A DNA stretch of 45,828 nt, filler included, from Catajapyx aquilonaris (Eukaryota): assembly GCA_000934665.2 (NCBI GenBank). It is 2 parts of 2 records of this genome, joined end to end, with 100 filler letters (N's around TTAATTAATTAA, not from the genome) between each part and the next. Parts side by side here need not be neighbours in the genome. Positions count along the whole stretch, not along the records: positions 1 to 22,866 come from JYFJ02005799.1; 1 more part is not named here. The stretch is one strand, 5' to 3'. The notes under the pieces were generated by a model. It was not told the origin of the DNA and made no database searches. It saw only the letters and a program-made list of their open reading frames with translations. Made by a program: the position numbers and the translations under genes. The number at the start of each line of letters is the position of its first letter. Position 1 is the first letter of the stretch. Positions 1 through 11,372 of the stretch are shown here, in pieces.

Positions 1-298
1 TAAACGTTTCGTATTAGTTGTCAACGCAACCCACAACCATTCCGCAACGTTCGCAACCATTTCAAAACGTTACCAAAACGTATGTGTGCTACCTGGGGAG
101 GGTCAGTCACTTGATACTGTATTATAGTGTACGACGGAATTCACGAACTTCGACCGGACTTCAATGACTTTAGTCTCGGTGTACGAAAGAATTCATAAGT
201 GACTAACCTTTTGGGGTATCACCTGGTGGGAGCAAAATCTCATTCAACGGGTAATTTGCTTGATCAGTGCCTGAATATATATATTTTTTACCTTTCAG

Positions 299-789
299 AG
301 AGAATGTCGCAACATGGTCGTGTTCCATTTTACGAAGCAGTTTATCCTTTTGAAAAGTGTTGGCAAGAAGCAACTTCATCCGACAACCCCTTCCAAGTCG
401 GTGTCCGCCTTTCTCGGAACAAGCATTGGAATAGTAAAGACATGTCTTCCCATGATCCCCAAAATGGAGTTCCCCATGAGTTTCACAGAGGCACACGAAT
501 TGGAGAGACCCAACAGTGTAAACCCAGCACTTGGGACCGGGATGAAAAGCACTCTGCACCCAAAGATCTGGAAGACAAAGCCGCTGACAATTTCCTGAAG
601 AATAACCTAATGAGACGGCATAACTCCAGGAAGTGTGTCCATCATCCTGGAAACTTTGAGGGCGTAGTTTGCGATTGCAGCTCTGATGGGACATCGGACA
701 TTTCATCGCAGCATAAGGAAATGCCTGTTGTCACTATTTTTGGTGACAGGAAAGAAATGCCTTCTTCTAGTTCTGACAATTACATCTAA
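299..789 (+). CDS. Possible terminal coding exon of an unidentified gene whose 5' part lies before the window
   Basis: Pyrimidine tract and acceptor ttttttacctttcag ending at 298, followed by a GC-richer stretch open to TAA at 789 (phase 1) or to 598 (phase 0). AATAAA occurs near 1030 and 1165. No recognisable domain. Confidence 0.3.
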
Positions 790-1542
790 CAAATTGCTGA
801 TACAAAGAGAAAATATTAAAGCCACCATTACACATTTTTAATATACCGTAGTACATCCAAATGTCTGCATATTCATACATGCTAAAAATGCAGCCTGCAA
901 AACAACTCTGTAATGTTTTTTCTACTAAAGGAAAGTTAATACAATTTGCATTAATGTACAGGGGCGTCAATAGCTTGTCGGGGTTCTTGGGATGAATCAT
1001 TAATTAAAATCGTTCTTAGTGGTTAATGAAATAAATTAAGTAAAACATTGAAAACCTGGTACAAATAAATCATGTCCTTTTTGTATTTACTACTCCATAT
1101 ACGGTATACCAGCCGTGCTGTACTATATCCGGTCATGTAAGAGTATTGTGATCAGCCTGACTCTAATAAAGATAAATGGATCAGACGCAGATTTTGCCAC
1201 TAACTTTTTTTTGTGACTTTGTAGAACATGGTCTATGACTTCTATAACGCATTCATTTTCGAAAGTGCCAGTTACCCTCCGTGTATATTTATTTTGTAAT
1301 TTAACTTAGATGAAGAATGTTAGCAAGAAGATAGATAATCAGGTCACAATTATTTTATTTTTATCATGTCACCTAAAATCGTTGGTGCACATGGTGCTTT
1401 TGATAGCGTGTATTAGAAACGAGAAATGATCACATTTAGGCTCCAGGAACATTAAAGAAATAACTGATACCGGTAATTTTTATGACAAGTAGATGGTGCC
1501 CGAATTTTCGATACAACTGACATTTATTAATCGTGATGATTT

Positions 1543-1792
1543 GAGGGGTGTGGTGGGAAAAGGTGATAACCCTCATATTTGTCACTTGTGACCTGAACAC
1601 ATAGCGACTACGTAAAAGACATGACAAACAGTTTGGTATACTCCTAGTTCACGTATCATGCACGAGACTGCCACATGGACTATAGATCAAAACCCACATT
1701 CCCTATGATTTGTGAAGAGAGTGCAAACTTCAATTCGCTCTCCTGTAAAATTACACTTTCGTGGGTTATCACCTTTTTCCACCACACCCCTC
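1543..1792. mobile_element. MITE with GAG termini and 4-bp TSD (Sola2-like)
   Basis: ~30-bp TIR GAGGGGTGTGGTGGGAAAAGGTGATAACCC and its near-complement at 1763-1792, with ATTT duplicated on both sides. The interior matches 24996-25243 in reverse. Confidence 0.8.
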
Positions 1793-3699
1793 ATTTATCT
1801 CATTTTAATACCCCATTTTGAGTGCTTGAAAAAGGTGCAAGGGTTGGTGCAAAAACTATTCCACAATCATCAAGTTCATCAAATATCACTTTTAGTGAAC
1901 AATCTATCTCTCGGAAAATCGGGAATCAACTCTCAATGCCATAAAAATGAAAATAAAAATAACCTTAATTTATTATTTATTAAAATAATCTGAAAAATTG
2001 ACAAACTGAAAATTCGCATCACTGTGACTTCAATATAATATATCTCAACTCTCTGTCCGTAGTTCGCAGAATACGGTCGCAAGTTTTCACTTTTAGAAGA
2101 CACTGTCAAACATCATTTGCACCAAAAATCTTAGTGGGCCGACCAAGTAAAATGAGTGTCCTCAAGTTTACCTATCTTACTTGCTAACATACTTGATAGT
2201 ATAATATGTCGAATAATTTATGTTTCAAATCAGGGCTCTAACTACACTGCTTTTGGCACATGAACAATTTTAGCATTTTGGCACAATCCACTATTGCATA
2301 AAAATTAAAGTAAAAATTTCCGAGTTTTAATCGCATCTTGTGTCTATATGATCTGTACTGGAATATTTTACAAATTCACAATATTGTTGCCCATATAGCT
2401 CAGTTGGTTACTTGGTTATCAGTACAGTAAGCCTATTTTGTAATTCACATATCAATTTTTATTAACATGCCTACTTACTAACAGTCATTTGTGCACCGTT
2501 TGCACCATTAAAATCACATCAAAAGAGGCCTCCAAGGTCCTACAGATTCCATACCATTCTTGATAAGATTACTTTGATCATATGTTCACAGAACCTGCTG
2601 ACATCCAAAATTTTAATAATGGAAATCAGTGCTCGAATTTCCATTATTAAAAATAAATTTAAACACTGATTAAATTATGTTTCAAACATACAATAACCGT
2701 AATCGTTCACTAAATTTCATAACATATATTGTTAATAACTCATGGTCTTACATTAATTTATCCTCACAGCAAACTGCAACAATACAGTAAAAGCAACTGT
2801 CAAACCATTACTAAAATATCACTTCTAAAACTGGCCGGAGAGTATAAGAAAAGTGATTCCCGATGTTGGGACCAATAAGTAATTCTCACGCTGCCTACGT
2901 GATCACCGGCGTTGGCGGTTGGATCAATGGCTCTGGAAGATCAGGTCTTCGTCACGTAGGCATCGCGGGGTGTGGGACCAATATATTGAGAGACTGGGAT
3001 GTAGTTGAGCCGTCTAGAAACTCAGCGAAGGGAATTATAGAGAGTGTGCTGCCCCTGCTGGCGTTCCCAGAACTTTGCGGAAGCCCCCGGAACATGTGCA
3101 GTATGCATGGAATCAATTTCCACTTAATGCGAAATATTCTTGATATGCAGGAAAAGCATTTACTCATACAACCTCAGCTATGGATACTCACAAAAAAAAT
3201 TGGCGTCTTTTAAAAGCACTTATATCAGTTACAACGGATCTCTACAGATTCTTCCATGTAGCCATTGAGTCTGGAAATGTTTCGGATTTCAGAATTTTTA
3301 GGATTTGAATATATTTTTTATTTGCATGAATAAAATGGGACAACACTCGGATGGATAAATGCCTGATAACAATATCCACATTATACGGACTACATTTGTT
3401 AATAGATTAATCATTTCATTCAAACTTTCGGATTTTGGAGATTGTCGGTTCTTGAAATTTCAGATGAAGGAGTCTCAATGTGATTTATAGGTACTAAATA
3501 ATTGGTAGTGATGTATCAGTCACATTTTATGTACGACGTCAAACTCAATAATACAGAACTGATGGAGCGTATTAAAATATATGAAGTTCTTATCAATAAA
3601 GGTGATGCCAGCTGTTTGCATTGCTTATTGTGAGTTGGATGTAATGATAAATTAATTCTGCCATCAATCATCCGCATAGTGGTAACACTGCAATTATTT

Positions 3700-3945
3700 G
3701 AAGAGTCCAGGGGAAAAAGGGGGAATGTCACTCAAAAAATGTTCATGAAAAATCGAATAAATTGCTTTATTTCTTCACGTGTATAAGGAATAATAGGGAT
3801 ATCTTCACGTCATTATATGCAACTGTCCCCCTTGTACCCATGGAAAGCCTCCAGGTATAAGTGGCACCTACGCTACTATTGTACTGTGCACTTGGCAGGA
3901 ACCCCAATGGAATTTGACATTCCCCCCTTTTCCCCTGGACTCTTC
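3700..3945. mobile_element. MITE with 4-bp TSD
   Basis: TIR GAAGAGTCCAGGGGAAAAAGGGGGAATGTCA versus TGACATTCCCCCCTTTTCCCCTGGACTCTTC, with ATTT flanking both ends. Confidence 0.8.
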
Positions 3946-4608
3946 ATTTTAATTATGTGTTAAGTCAATTGACTGCGGGTAAACACTCATAAACTAGTAT
4001 ATTTGTAGTGAAGGTGGGTAAGTCACAGCTGTTGTGTAGTAGAAAGCACTCTTGTATTGAAGACGGAAACGATATACTGTATAAAATAATATTTATTAAA
4101 ACATCATAATTGAAATTTACAAGAGTAATGTTAGATTACTATGGCATTGAGTTTTGTGTCAAAAAGATATGTACTCAACATTATTTTTGGTCACACTTTC
4201 AGTTCCTCTGATCATATCAGAGAATCCAAACTAATATTCACTATACAGCAGCTATACAATAATTTCCAGTTCATAAGTTTATTTGAGCCACTGAAAACAA
4301 AAAAGTTCATATCTCTATGGCTTGTAATGGTTGTGACATCGATAGCTTGGATTGTAATTATTGGTACATTTTTGTTTCTCAGATTATTTTTGAATTATTT
4401 TACACCATACATTCGAGCATACATTATATCCAGTGAAACTTTTCACAAGATAATCTCAGTTACAATAACTGTGAGATAATGATTTTTTTATGTTTTCATT
4501 GGCTCCCCCTCAATTTTACCGGCGTTAAGCCACGCTGATAATAAATTCTTCATGATGCATTGAATTTGCAAGACGATGTATAGGAATGTCCTTGCCTTGG
4601 GGTTTATG

Positions 4609-4633
4609 GTGTGTGTGTGTGTGTGTGTGTGTG
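4609..4633. repeat. (GT)n microsatellite
   Basis: Run of gt dinucleotides. Confidence 0.9.
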
Positions 4634-5029
4634 TTTTTTTGCGTTTCTATACTTGTCACCAAGCTTTGTCACGCCTCAGTGAACCCCGTCGAAATGCCCA
4701 ATTCCCAGCCACTGACTCTGAATAGTGATAAATGCCAGTTTCCTCAGAACAAATTGAAAAGTAAGATATAATAGTATGAGAAAAATTGAGCAACATTTTG
4801 AAATCCCCACTTTTTACCTAATATACAAAATAATATTTCTTAATCCCATCAGTTGTATCAATCTTCTGTGGTATCGTGAATCTTTATCAAAATACCAGAT
4901 TTTTCTTAATTTGCATTCATACAACTATATAGATCTTTCGTCTCCTACGACCTTTGCTGAGAGGCTGCCCAACTTTACGTCAATCCTTCCTTCAATTACT
5001 CATCGAGTGATTATTTAACATCAATTATA

Positions 5030-5150
5030 CTGGGTGATCCAAAATTCTTGTTTGATTGCTAGGCTATTATTTGGCTCTAAGCCACTTATTTTAGTTGGTA
5101 ACCATGCAAAAATAGCCATAGCAATCGGACAAGAATTTTGGATCACCTTG
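5030..5150. mobile_element. Small palindromic Tc1/mariner-type MITE
   Basis: TA|CTGGGTGATCCAAAATTCTTG ... CAAGAATTTTGGATCACCTTG|TA. The arms pair over most of the 121 bp. Confidence 0.7.
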
Positions 5151-5279
5151 TATGTCTTGAGCAAATAAATGCACTATTTGCGAGATGACATTGATTCACG
5201 ATAAAAGTGAATCAAACAATGCGCCTTTGTGCCTGTCTCAGATCATGTGTGAATGCTCCAGCTCTTGAGCTACAAACTA

Positions 5280-5614
5280 GAGGGTCATCAACCCTCTCTT
5301 TGCTCAGCATTTAATGTTACCTTCTCACATATCAAGAGTAGGAATTTCTACTGATCCAATGTCATTATGAGAGTCCGCACAGCGAAGTCTTCCGCTGCAA
5401 ACCGACGTATGTTATTACACTGTGAAACAGTTTTCTTCGGTGGCCAGACTTCTGCTGCTTGCTGGGTCAGCATAGAAGGGATGCCCAGGTCATCTTCATG
5501 CATCATATTGCCAAAATGCAGATCAAAGGTTCGAAGGAACCCCTCCAATCTGGAGAATTTCATTGATGGAATCCAGGCATCGGTGTATGGCACCATGGTG
5601 AACAGACGAGACAT
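5280..5614 (-). pseudogene. Decayed small heat-shock protein (alpha-crystallin family) paralog
   Basis: LRTFDLHFGNMMHEDDLGIPSMLT aligns with FRIFDQHFGSHLQEDDLLAHPSLT of 7671-8234, and FAAEDFAVRT resembles FTPAELTVNT. A frameshifted remnant of LSTDGVMTL lies at 5281-5307. It has the same acceptor-A-ATG-TC start architecture as the intact gene. The crystallin core is shortened and stops at 5348-5350. Confidence 0.7.
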
Positions 5615-5894
5615 TCTAAAATGCAACTTCAATAAATATTTCAGATTCTTGTCCTCACTAATTCTAAGAATGTAAAATATTCAAAGGTCAGTTTACTTAC
5701 TTATCTGGCCGTGACCTCGTTACTTCGCAAGCACTTCCTGTCAAAATGTCAGCTGGAACACTTTTTATCCCCCCCCCCAAAAAAATGCTTCCTTTTCGCA
5801 ATATTCGAGTCCAACTTCCTCTGCAACAGGATACCTCGACTGCAGTCACTGGACTATTCTGGATGACTCCCTACCGGCTTCTCCCTTTCCACAA

Positions 5895-5922
5895 TTTTAT
5901 ACACGCGCCAGGCGTACGTGCC
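5895..5922 (-). promoter_or_regulatory. TATA-box core promoter of the sHSP pseudogene
   Basis: The minus strand reads GGCACGTA...GCCTGGCGCGTGTATAAAAT, matching the intact gene's GCCTCCGCGTGTATATAAT. A candidate donor gtaagt lies at 5700-5695. Confidence 0.5.
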
Positions 5923-6935
5923 AGCCCTCATCAGACACTGTATGGTCAGTGCCCATTGGCTGTACAAAAAGGCGCGGCGCCACGGATGGGAAACGAGGCC
6001 GGCTGCACGTAGGCGCTTTTCTAGGAAGAAATGGCCCATTCAGTATTCACATACCTGACAAAATTTCCAGTGAGCAGTGTTTACATACTTGACGATCAGG
6101 ATGCATCAGTATTGTGCTAGGTTGTCTATAGTTAGACTCGGAGTGGCTTTATATGCGTATTATGCAGATTTCATGCATTGCGTGATACCTTGACCATGAC
6201 AGTCTGTTGGCTGACTTTCAAGGTTAAAAAAATTCTACCTAATGGGGCTCTATTCGGTTACGTAACATACCAGAATCAAGGGGTGTACTTTAATACAGTA
6301 GTGAATAACAATAGGCCTTTGAGTTATTATAGGCTATGATGTGTTTGGCACGTTTGTGTGTTATAAGGCAAAGCAGGATTCATCAAATTTTTAGCGACAA
6401 TTCTGAGCACGAAGTTCAGCCCAGGCCAATTGCCTTTGCGACAAACTATGCTGATAAGTGACATCAACATCAATATTATTATCTTGCAATCAGACCACGC
6501 TCTCTGATTGAAGTTCATAGCCTTACTCGTTACACTAACTGCAACAACGGGCTAACCCACAACGTATCGAAAAATGTGATATTGGCGAAATGGATGAGTG
6601 ACAACGACTTATTTGTCCCACAGCTCTGGCAAACAAACAAAAAAAAAATGACAGGCAGTAGAAATGTACGTACAAATAAATGTACTTTTTCCATCATTTT
6701 AACGTTATAGGTAATTTTCTCCGCTATTACAAAATGGGGAATAACCCACTATTGTCCTAAGGTCAAACATACGAAATATGATGCAAATCACGAACGCACA
6801 AATGACAATTGGAATACATTTTTAGATCTGAACATTTGGTGGGTTACTGCGCATTCTTTCCGCATGCTTACATTCCATGTTATGTAAGTAAAAGTTAGGG
6901 GGGGGGGGGGANGGGGGGGGATCTGCCGACGGAGG

Positions 6936-7201
6936 TGACGTCACTTGAGTAGGATGCAGGGAGCGCGAGTTGGTCGGCACGTAGGACGAGAACACGGACG
7001 AGAACGACGAGAGGTTCGATAGCCTCCGCGTGTATATAATGCGCAGGTCCAAACTGGAAGGAACATACGAGCTACAGCAGCCGTAGCATATAAGTGGAGC
7101 TAGAATTTAGTCTGTGCTAATTTCTGGATCGCTATATTATTTTGAATAAGGTCTGTGCTACCTGCAAGACGCCTTTCTGAAGACCAGTAGCAGAGCATCA
7201 G
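6936..7201 (+). promoter_or_regulatory. sHSP promoter and non-coding exon 1
   Basis: CRE palindrome TGACGTCA at 6936-6943, TATATAA at 7033-7039, donor CAG|GTAAGC at 7201/7202 and acceptor at 7669, one base before the ATG. Confidence 0.6.
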
Positions 7202-7670
7202 GTAAGCTTTTGTAGATTATACTGTAATTATGTCAGTGGATACCGGGATAGTTATGCAATTGTGCATGCTACAGTTACAATGATCAAAGTGGTGGCTTCA
7301 GGCCTGTTGAATTCAATCACTTTATTAAAAATCTCTCGGGTTATATGTAGGGGTTCGCTATACTATAATCTGGGATAATAGGCTAAATCTTACGTTGCGT
7401 ACTGCAACTGACACTTAATCTGTACATGACTATTTCTGTCGGCATCTGTTGTGAAATCACATTATTATGCTGCAGGGTCAATGGAAAAATTATCCATTCG
7501 GTTAAAAATCTGCCGTGCTATATAGGTTTATACATGACAATGTAATTAATTTTATAATTTTATACGTATGAAGTCAAATAAATGATTGCAACATGCACCT
7601 AGGCTGCAAGATGCTATAGTTTACTGAGCTAGAAATTGATGCCTATTTCTGTCACCTTCTTCCATACAGA

Positions 7671-8234
7671 ATGTCAGTAGGCGCTTCTGTTCCAATCATG
7701 TGCTACCATCCAGACTGTCCATCACGAAGGCACTGGAACGCCATCATGAGTCCGTTCCGCATATTTGACCAACATTTTGGAAGTCACCTGCAAGAAGATG
7801 ACCTTCTGGCACATCCTAGCTTGACAGCAAGCGGAAGCATTCCGAGGTCCATGGTAGCCCGGAAGGAGAATGGTATGTCAGAAGTACAATCATCTAAGGA
7901 CCAATTCAAGATCCGGCTGGATGTGCAGCATTTTACACCTGCAGAACTGACGGTCAATACCATAGATAAAGTGGTGATGATAGAGGGAAAGCACGAGGAG
8001 AAGCCGGACAACCATGGGACTGTTTTTCGCCATTTTATTAGGAAATATCCACTTCCGGAAGATGTCATGCCAGAAGATGTGGTTTGCAGCCTCAGCACAG
8101 ATGGAGTCATGACACTTTTGGCGCATAGGAGGCAACCGGTCACTGAGGACAAAGTCAGGAAGGTATCCATCTACCTGACTGGTAAGCCTGCAGTGGCGCA
8201 AATCTGCGAGGACGAAAAGAAGCCGAAGAAATAG
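7671..8234 (+). CDS. Small heat-shock protein, HSP20/alpha-crystallin family (lethal(2)essential for life-like), 187 aa
   Basis: N-terminal RIFDQHFG motif and alpha-crystallin domain FKIRLDVQHFTPAELTV...IEGKHEEKPDNHGTVFRHFIRKYPLP...CSLSTDGVMTL. C-terminal RKVSI is an I/V-x-I motif. Confidence 0.95.
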   Translation: MSVGASVPIMCYHPDCPSRRHWNAIMSPFRIFDQHFGSHLQEDDLLAHPSLTASGSIPRSMVARKENGMSEVQSSKDQFKIRLDVQHFTPAELTVNTIDKVVMIEGKHEEKPDNHGTVFRHFIRKYPLPEDVMPEDVVCSLSTDGVMTLLAHRRQPVTEDKVRKVSIYLTGKPAVAQICEDEKKPKK

Positions 8235-8526
8235 GCGGATTCCTGAAATTGCATTGATTTCACTTGAAGTGCTTTCCAGTTTTGAAAATGTACGTGGGTC
8301 AATATTCGGTAAAGGTGCAATATGAAGTCCCAATGACTTATACAGTACCGTATTTTAGCGCTCATTTACATAACGTGGCGTAGGCACATTTTAACACCTT
8401 CAATCATGCCCTCAATTTAAGCGAAACGTCATATTTATAAATCGGATATTTATATTTTCAAATGTCAAGGTAATTCAAGTCATTTAACTGTGCAAGCTTC
8501 ATATGTTGCTAATCAAAATATATTAT

Positions 8527-10159
8527 CAGAGTTGGGTAAGTTACTTTTGAAATGTAACTGGTTACAGTTACAGTTATTCAGTCCAAAAAAGTAACTAGTT
8601 ACAGTTACAAGTTACTTTGACCAAAAAGTAACTAGTTACAGTTACAGGTACAGTTACAGTTACTCATGAAGTTACTTTTCCGTGGTCTGTCACCGCTGCT
8701 GTAGATGGATGGGGGATTCCCCATTTCTCCCTGAAATACGAATCATACAGCATAACACCGTGGTCAAAAAAAATGATCAGCCTCGATTTACTTTTAATAA
8801 TAGCTGCTTTTCAAAGTTTGCATCTGTAAGCTTTCCCCTTCTCGGAGTAAAAACTTGCCCCCCCCCCCCCCCCCCCGCCACCCCATACTGAAAAGTCTCT
8901 CCACTGAGGCAATGGAGGCCAGTGAAGTGTTGTATTGGATGAACATTTTAAAAAGGGGGGGGGGAGGGGGGATAAAGATAATTTGTGAGTAAAGTTCTCG
9001 CTAACTAACAACAGCAGAACCATTTTTTCGTGTAAGTGTAACTGATCTCTCTCTTACACACGTGTGCTGTACTTTTCCCATATTCTTAATGTAGTATTTT
9101 AAAAAGTCATTTGCATTCAGGAGTAATTTACCCCGTCGTAAAAAATTTTCGTCATGTCGTAACAAGCACCCAAAAATGCGGAAAAATGAGGTGCTCCGGA
9201 CCTGTGAAGCCGATTTTTATATTTAGCTATAACCTTTCGGCAAATAATAATTTTGTCAAAATTTGACTGATTTGAGATCTATTAGAAGTTGGAGGAACCC
9301 TAATTTTCACGGTTTTTATTGTGCCTAGAGGGAATGGTCAACCGCAAACGCGACCCTTCTTTTGTGTGGGGAGGGTGGGATCGAGTGTCTCCTCTTTCGG
9401 CCAGAGTTGGAACTCGAAGAAGTCCGGATTTTCTACATCCCCGTCTTAAATCACCGGACTAGAGTCAGACATAATCCGCAGTAGCCATCGGCGCGGAGGG
9501 AACCGTCCCACTGTCGCCAAATAAATTAATCATCTGCATGTTAAAGGGACACTCCACTAAAAAAACAAGTTTGGCTCAAAAAATCGGGCAAAAAATCATG
9601 AATCCTACGGTGCAATTCGTTTTTCGCTACGCGGAACGGTAATCCCAGGTCGAGATGTCAAAGTGTGTCGTCTGTTAATGATCGGTGCGGCCACGCGGGG
9701 AACAGGGGAACTGGAGGGCTGCACCGCTCTGGGATGGGCCTAAGCGCGCGGGTAGGCGGGAGCAGCCCTCCAGTTCCCAAGGTCCCGAGGGCGACGCTGG
9801 CGGAAGGCCAGCTTCTAGCGCACTATTTGAATTTCCCCACTTTGACCCCTCGCCCTGGGATTACCGTTCCGCGTAGCGAAAAACGGATTGCACCTTCCGA
9901 TTCAGGATTTTTTTTTCCCGATTTTTAGAGCCAAACTGGTTTTTTTTTTGAGTGGAGTGTCCCTTTAAAATAGGTGCTTTTCAAACCCTGCACGGAAAAG
10001 TAACTTAGTAACTTTCGTTACAAAGTTACTGTTTAAAGGTAACTAGTTACAAGTACTAGTTACTTGTGCACAAAAGTAACGAAGTTACCGGGAAAAGTAC
10101 TCAAAAAGTAACTAGTTACTAGTAACGCGTTATTTCTACTCAGTTACTACCCAACTCTG
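8527..10159. mobile_element. Non-autonomous hAT-like element with subterminal GTAACTAGTTAC repeats
   Basis: Termini CAGAGTTGGGTA / TACCCAACTCTG. Arrays of gttac/gtaac palindromic motifs at 8540-8680 and 9995-10150. No matching 8-bp TSD is visible. Confidence 0.7.
9545..9964. mobile_element. Kolobok-like MITE nested in the hAT-like element
   Basis: TTAA|AGGGACACTCCACT ... AGTGGAGTGTCCCT|TTAA, with imperfect inverted arms of about 120 bp. Confidence 0.75.
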
Positions 10160-10454
10160 GCTAGGGCCATAGAGTACGTGAGTATGGCGGGACCAGTCTG
10201 CTATAACCAAGGATCGGTTGTAGCCGAGGATGTTATATCCGGATTCAACGTATACATTTTTTGCATGCAAATATTAAATGAAAACGTAAGCATATCTGCA
10301 TATGCATAGCGGTGAGCGGCAGTTTCCCCCCGCGGCTGGCATCAGCGCCTCGAGCAGCGTGAAACGGAAGCGTGCCAAGCGGCCCCATAAGGAACCCTTC
10401 TGAATGCGGAACCTGGTTAGAATAAGCCTTGCGCGTGGTCCAGACAGAGATGCA

Positions 10455-10787
10455 TCGCGATGATTTAATATAATTTAAATGCAATAAATCATTCCGGATC
10501 TGATGGCTTAAAAATTGACTTGTTGTTGACGCCTTCCCATAGGAATCTTTTGTTCTGTTCACCGAGACGAGGATTCCCTCTGGAGGTGAATGACTGAATG
10601 TTTGCAATCTATGCAATTTTGCATGGCCACTGGCCAATCTCAAGATCTCTATATGTGATATGGTCCAGTCTAGCTAGGCAGGTAGAAGTTGTGGGCAGAA
10701 TAGTGGGCACTGAGCAAAGAGGCGAGGAAATCCTACCAACGACTGGCCACCGAACGTTTTGCCCAGTTATTTGAGTCTCTGTTTTGG
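10455..10787 (+). promoter_or_regulatory. Promoter/5'-UTR exon of MATH-BTB copy 1
   Basis: GACTGGCCAC...TTTGAGT...TGTTTTGG|GTAAGTGGAG (donor 10788) and an AT-rich block at ~10455-10550 are homologous to ~14020-14290 and ~20930-21210. The acceptor ends at 11358. Confidence 0.55.
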
Positions 10788-11372
10788 GTAAGTGGAGAGT
10801 GAGTCCAGAGAAATAAGCAGTCCGCCGTTACGCACCTTAACAAATGCCTCCCACCTTCTCATTCCAATTTGCTACTTTTAGATTCATGGCACTTGCATCA
10901 CCGCACACTGTTTCCCACGAAATTCTCTGTCTGTTGCAGAAACTTACCTAGCCACCCATTTGAAGCACCAAATTTTGCAATACTCTTATTGGCAATAATA
11001 CCCAAGTTTTTGGACTATTAATCTTGCCTCTCTATTGGACCATCAGCCCAGACACGGGCAATACGTTGAGTATGTGTCAACCCGTTTCTCTTTCCCGGCG
11101 TTTCTGTGTGATCTCAGACTGTCAGTTAAGAAACACTGAAATATACGTGTCTGGAAGAAAGGAAATTCTCACATTGTGACTTTCGCATGGTCAAATTTTC
11201 AATTGCAAAACTGAGACGTAGTTGCACTAGGAATCGTTGCATTTTCTTATGGTTGAACTTGAGTTAGATGCTATGCCTACTGTACATATGAATACTGATG
11301 ATGACATTGTTAGTTCTGTGCAATTGAAGTAATGCATTTTTTTTTTTCCTTTTCACAGCTGATTGCCAAACC

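Noticed and set aside
2395..2410. TAGCTCAGTTGG Pol III A-box
   Set aside because: No B box or tRNA structure downstream.
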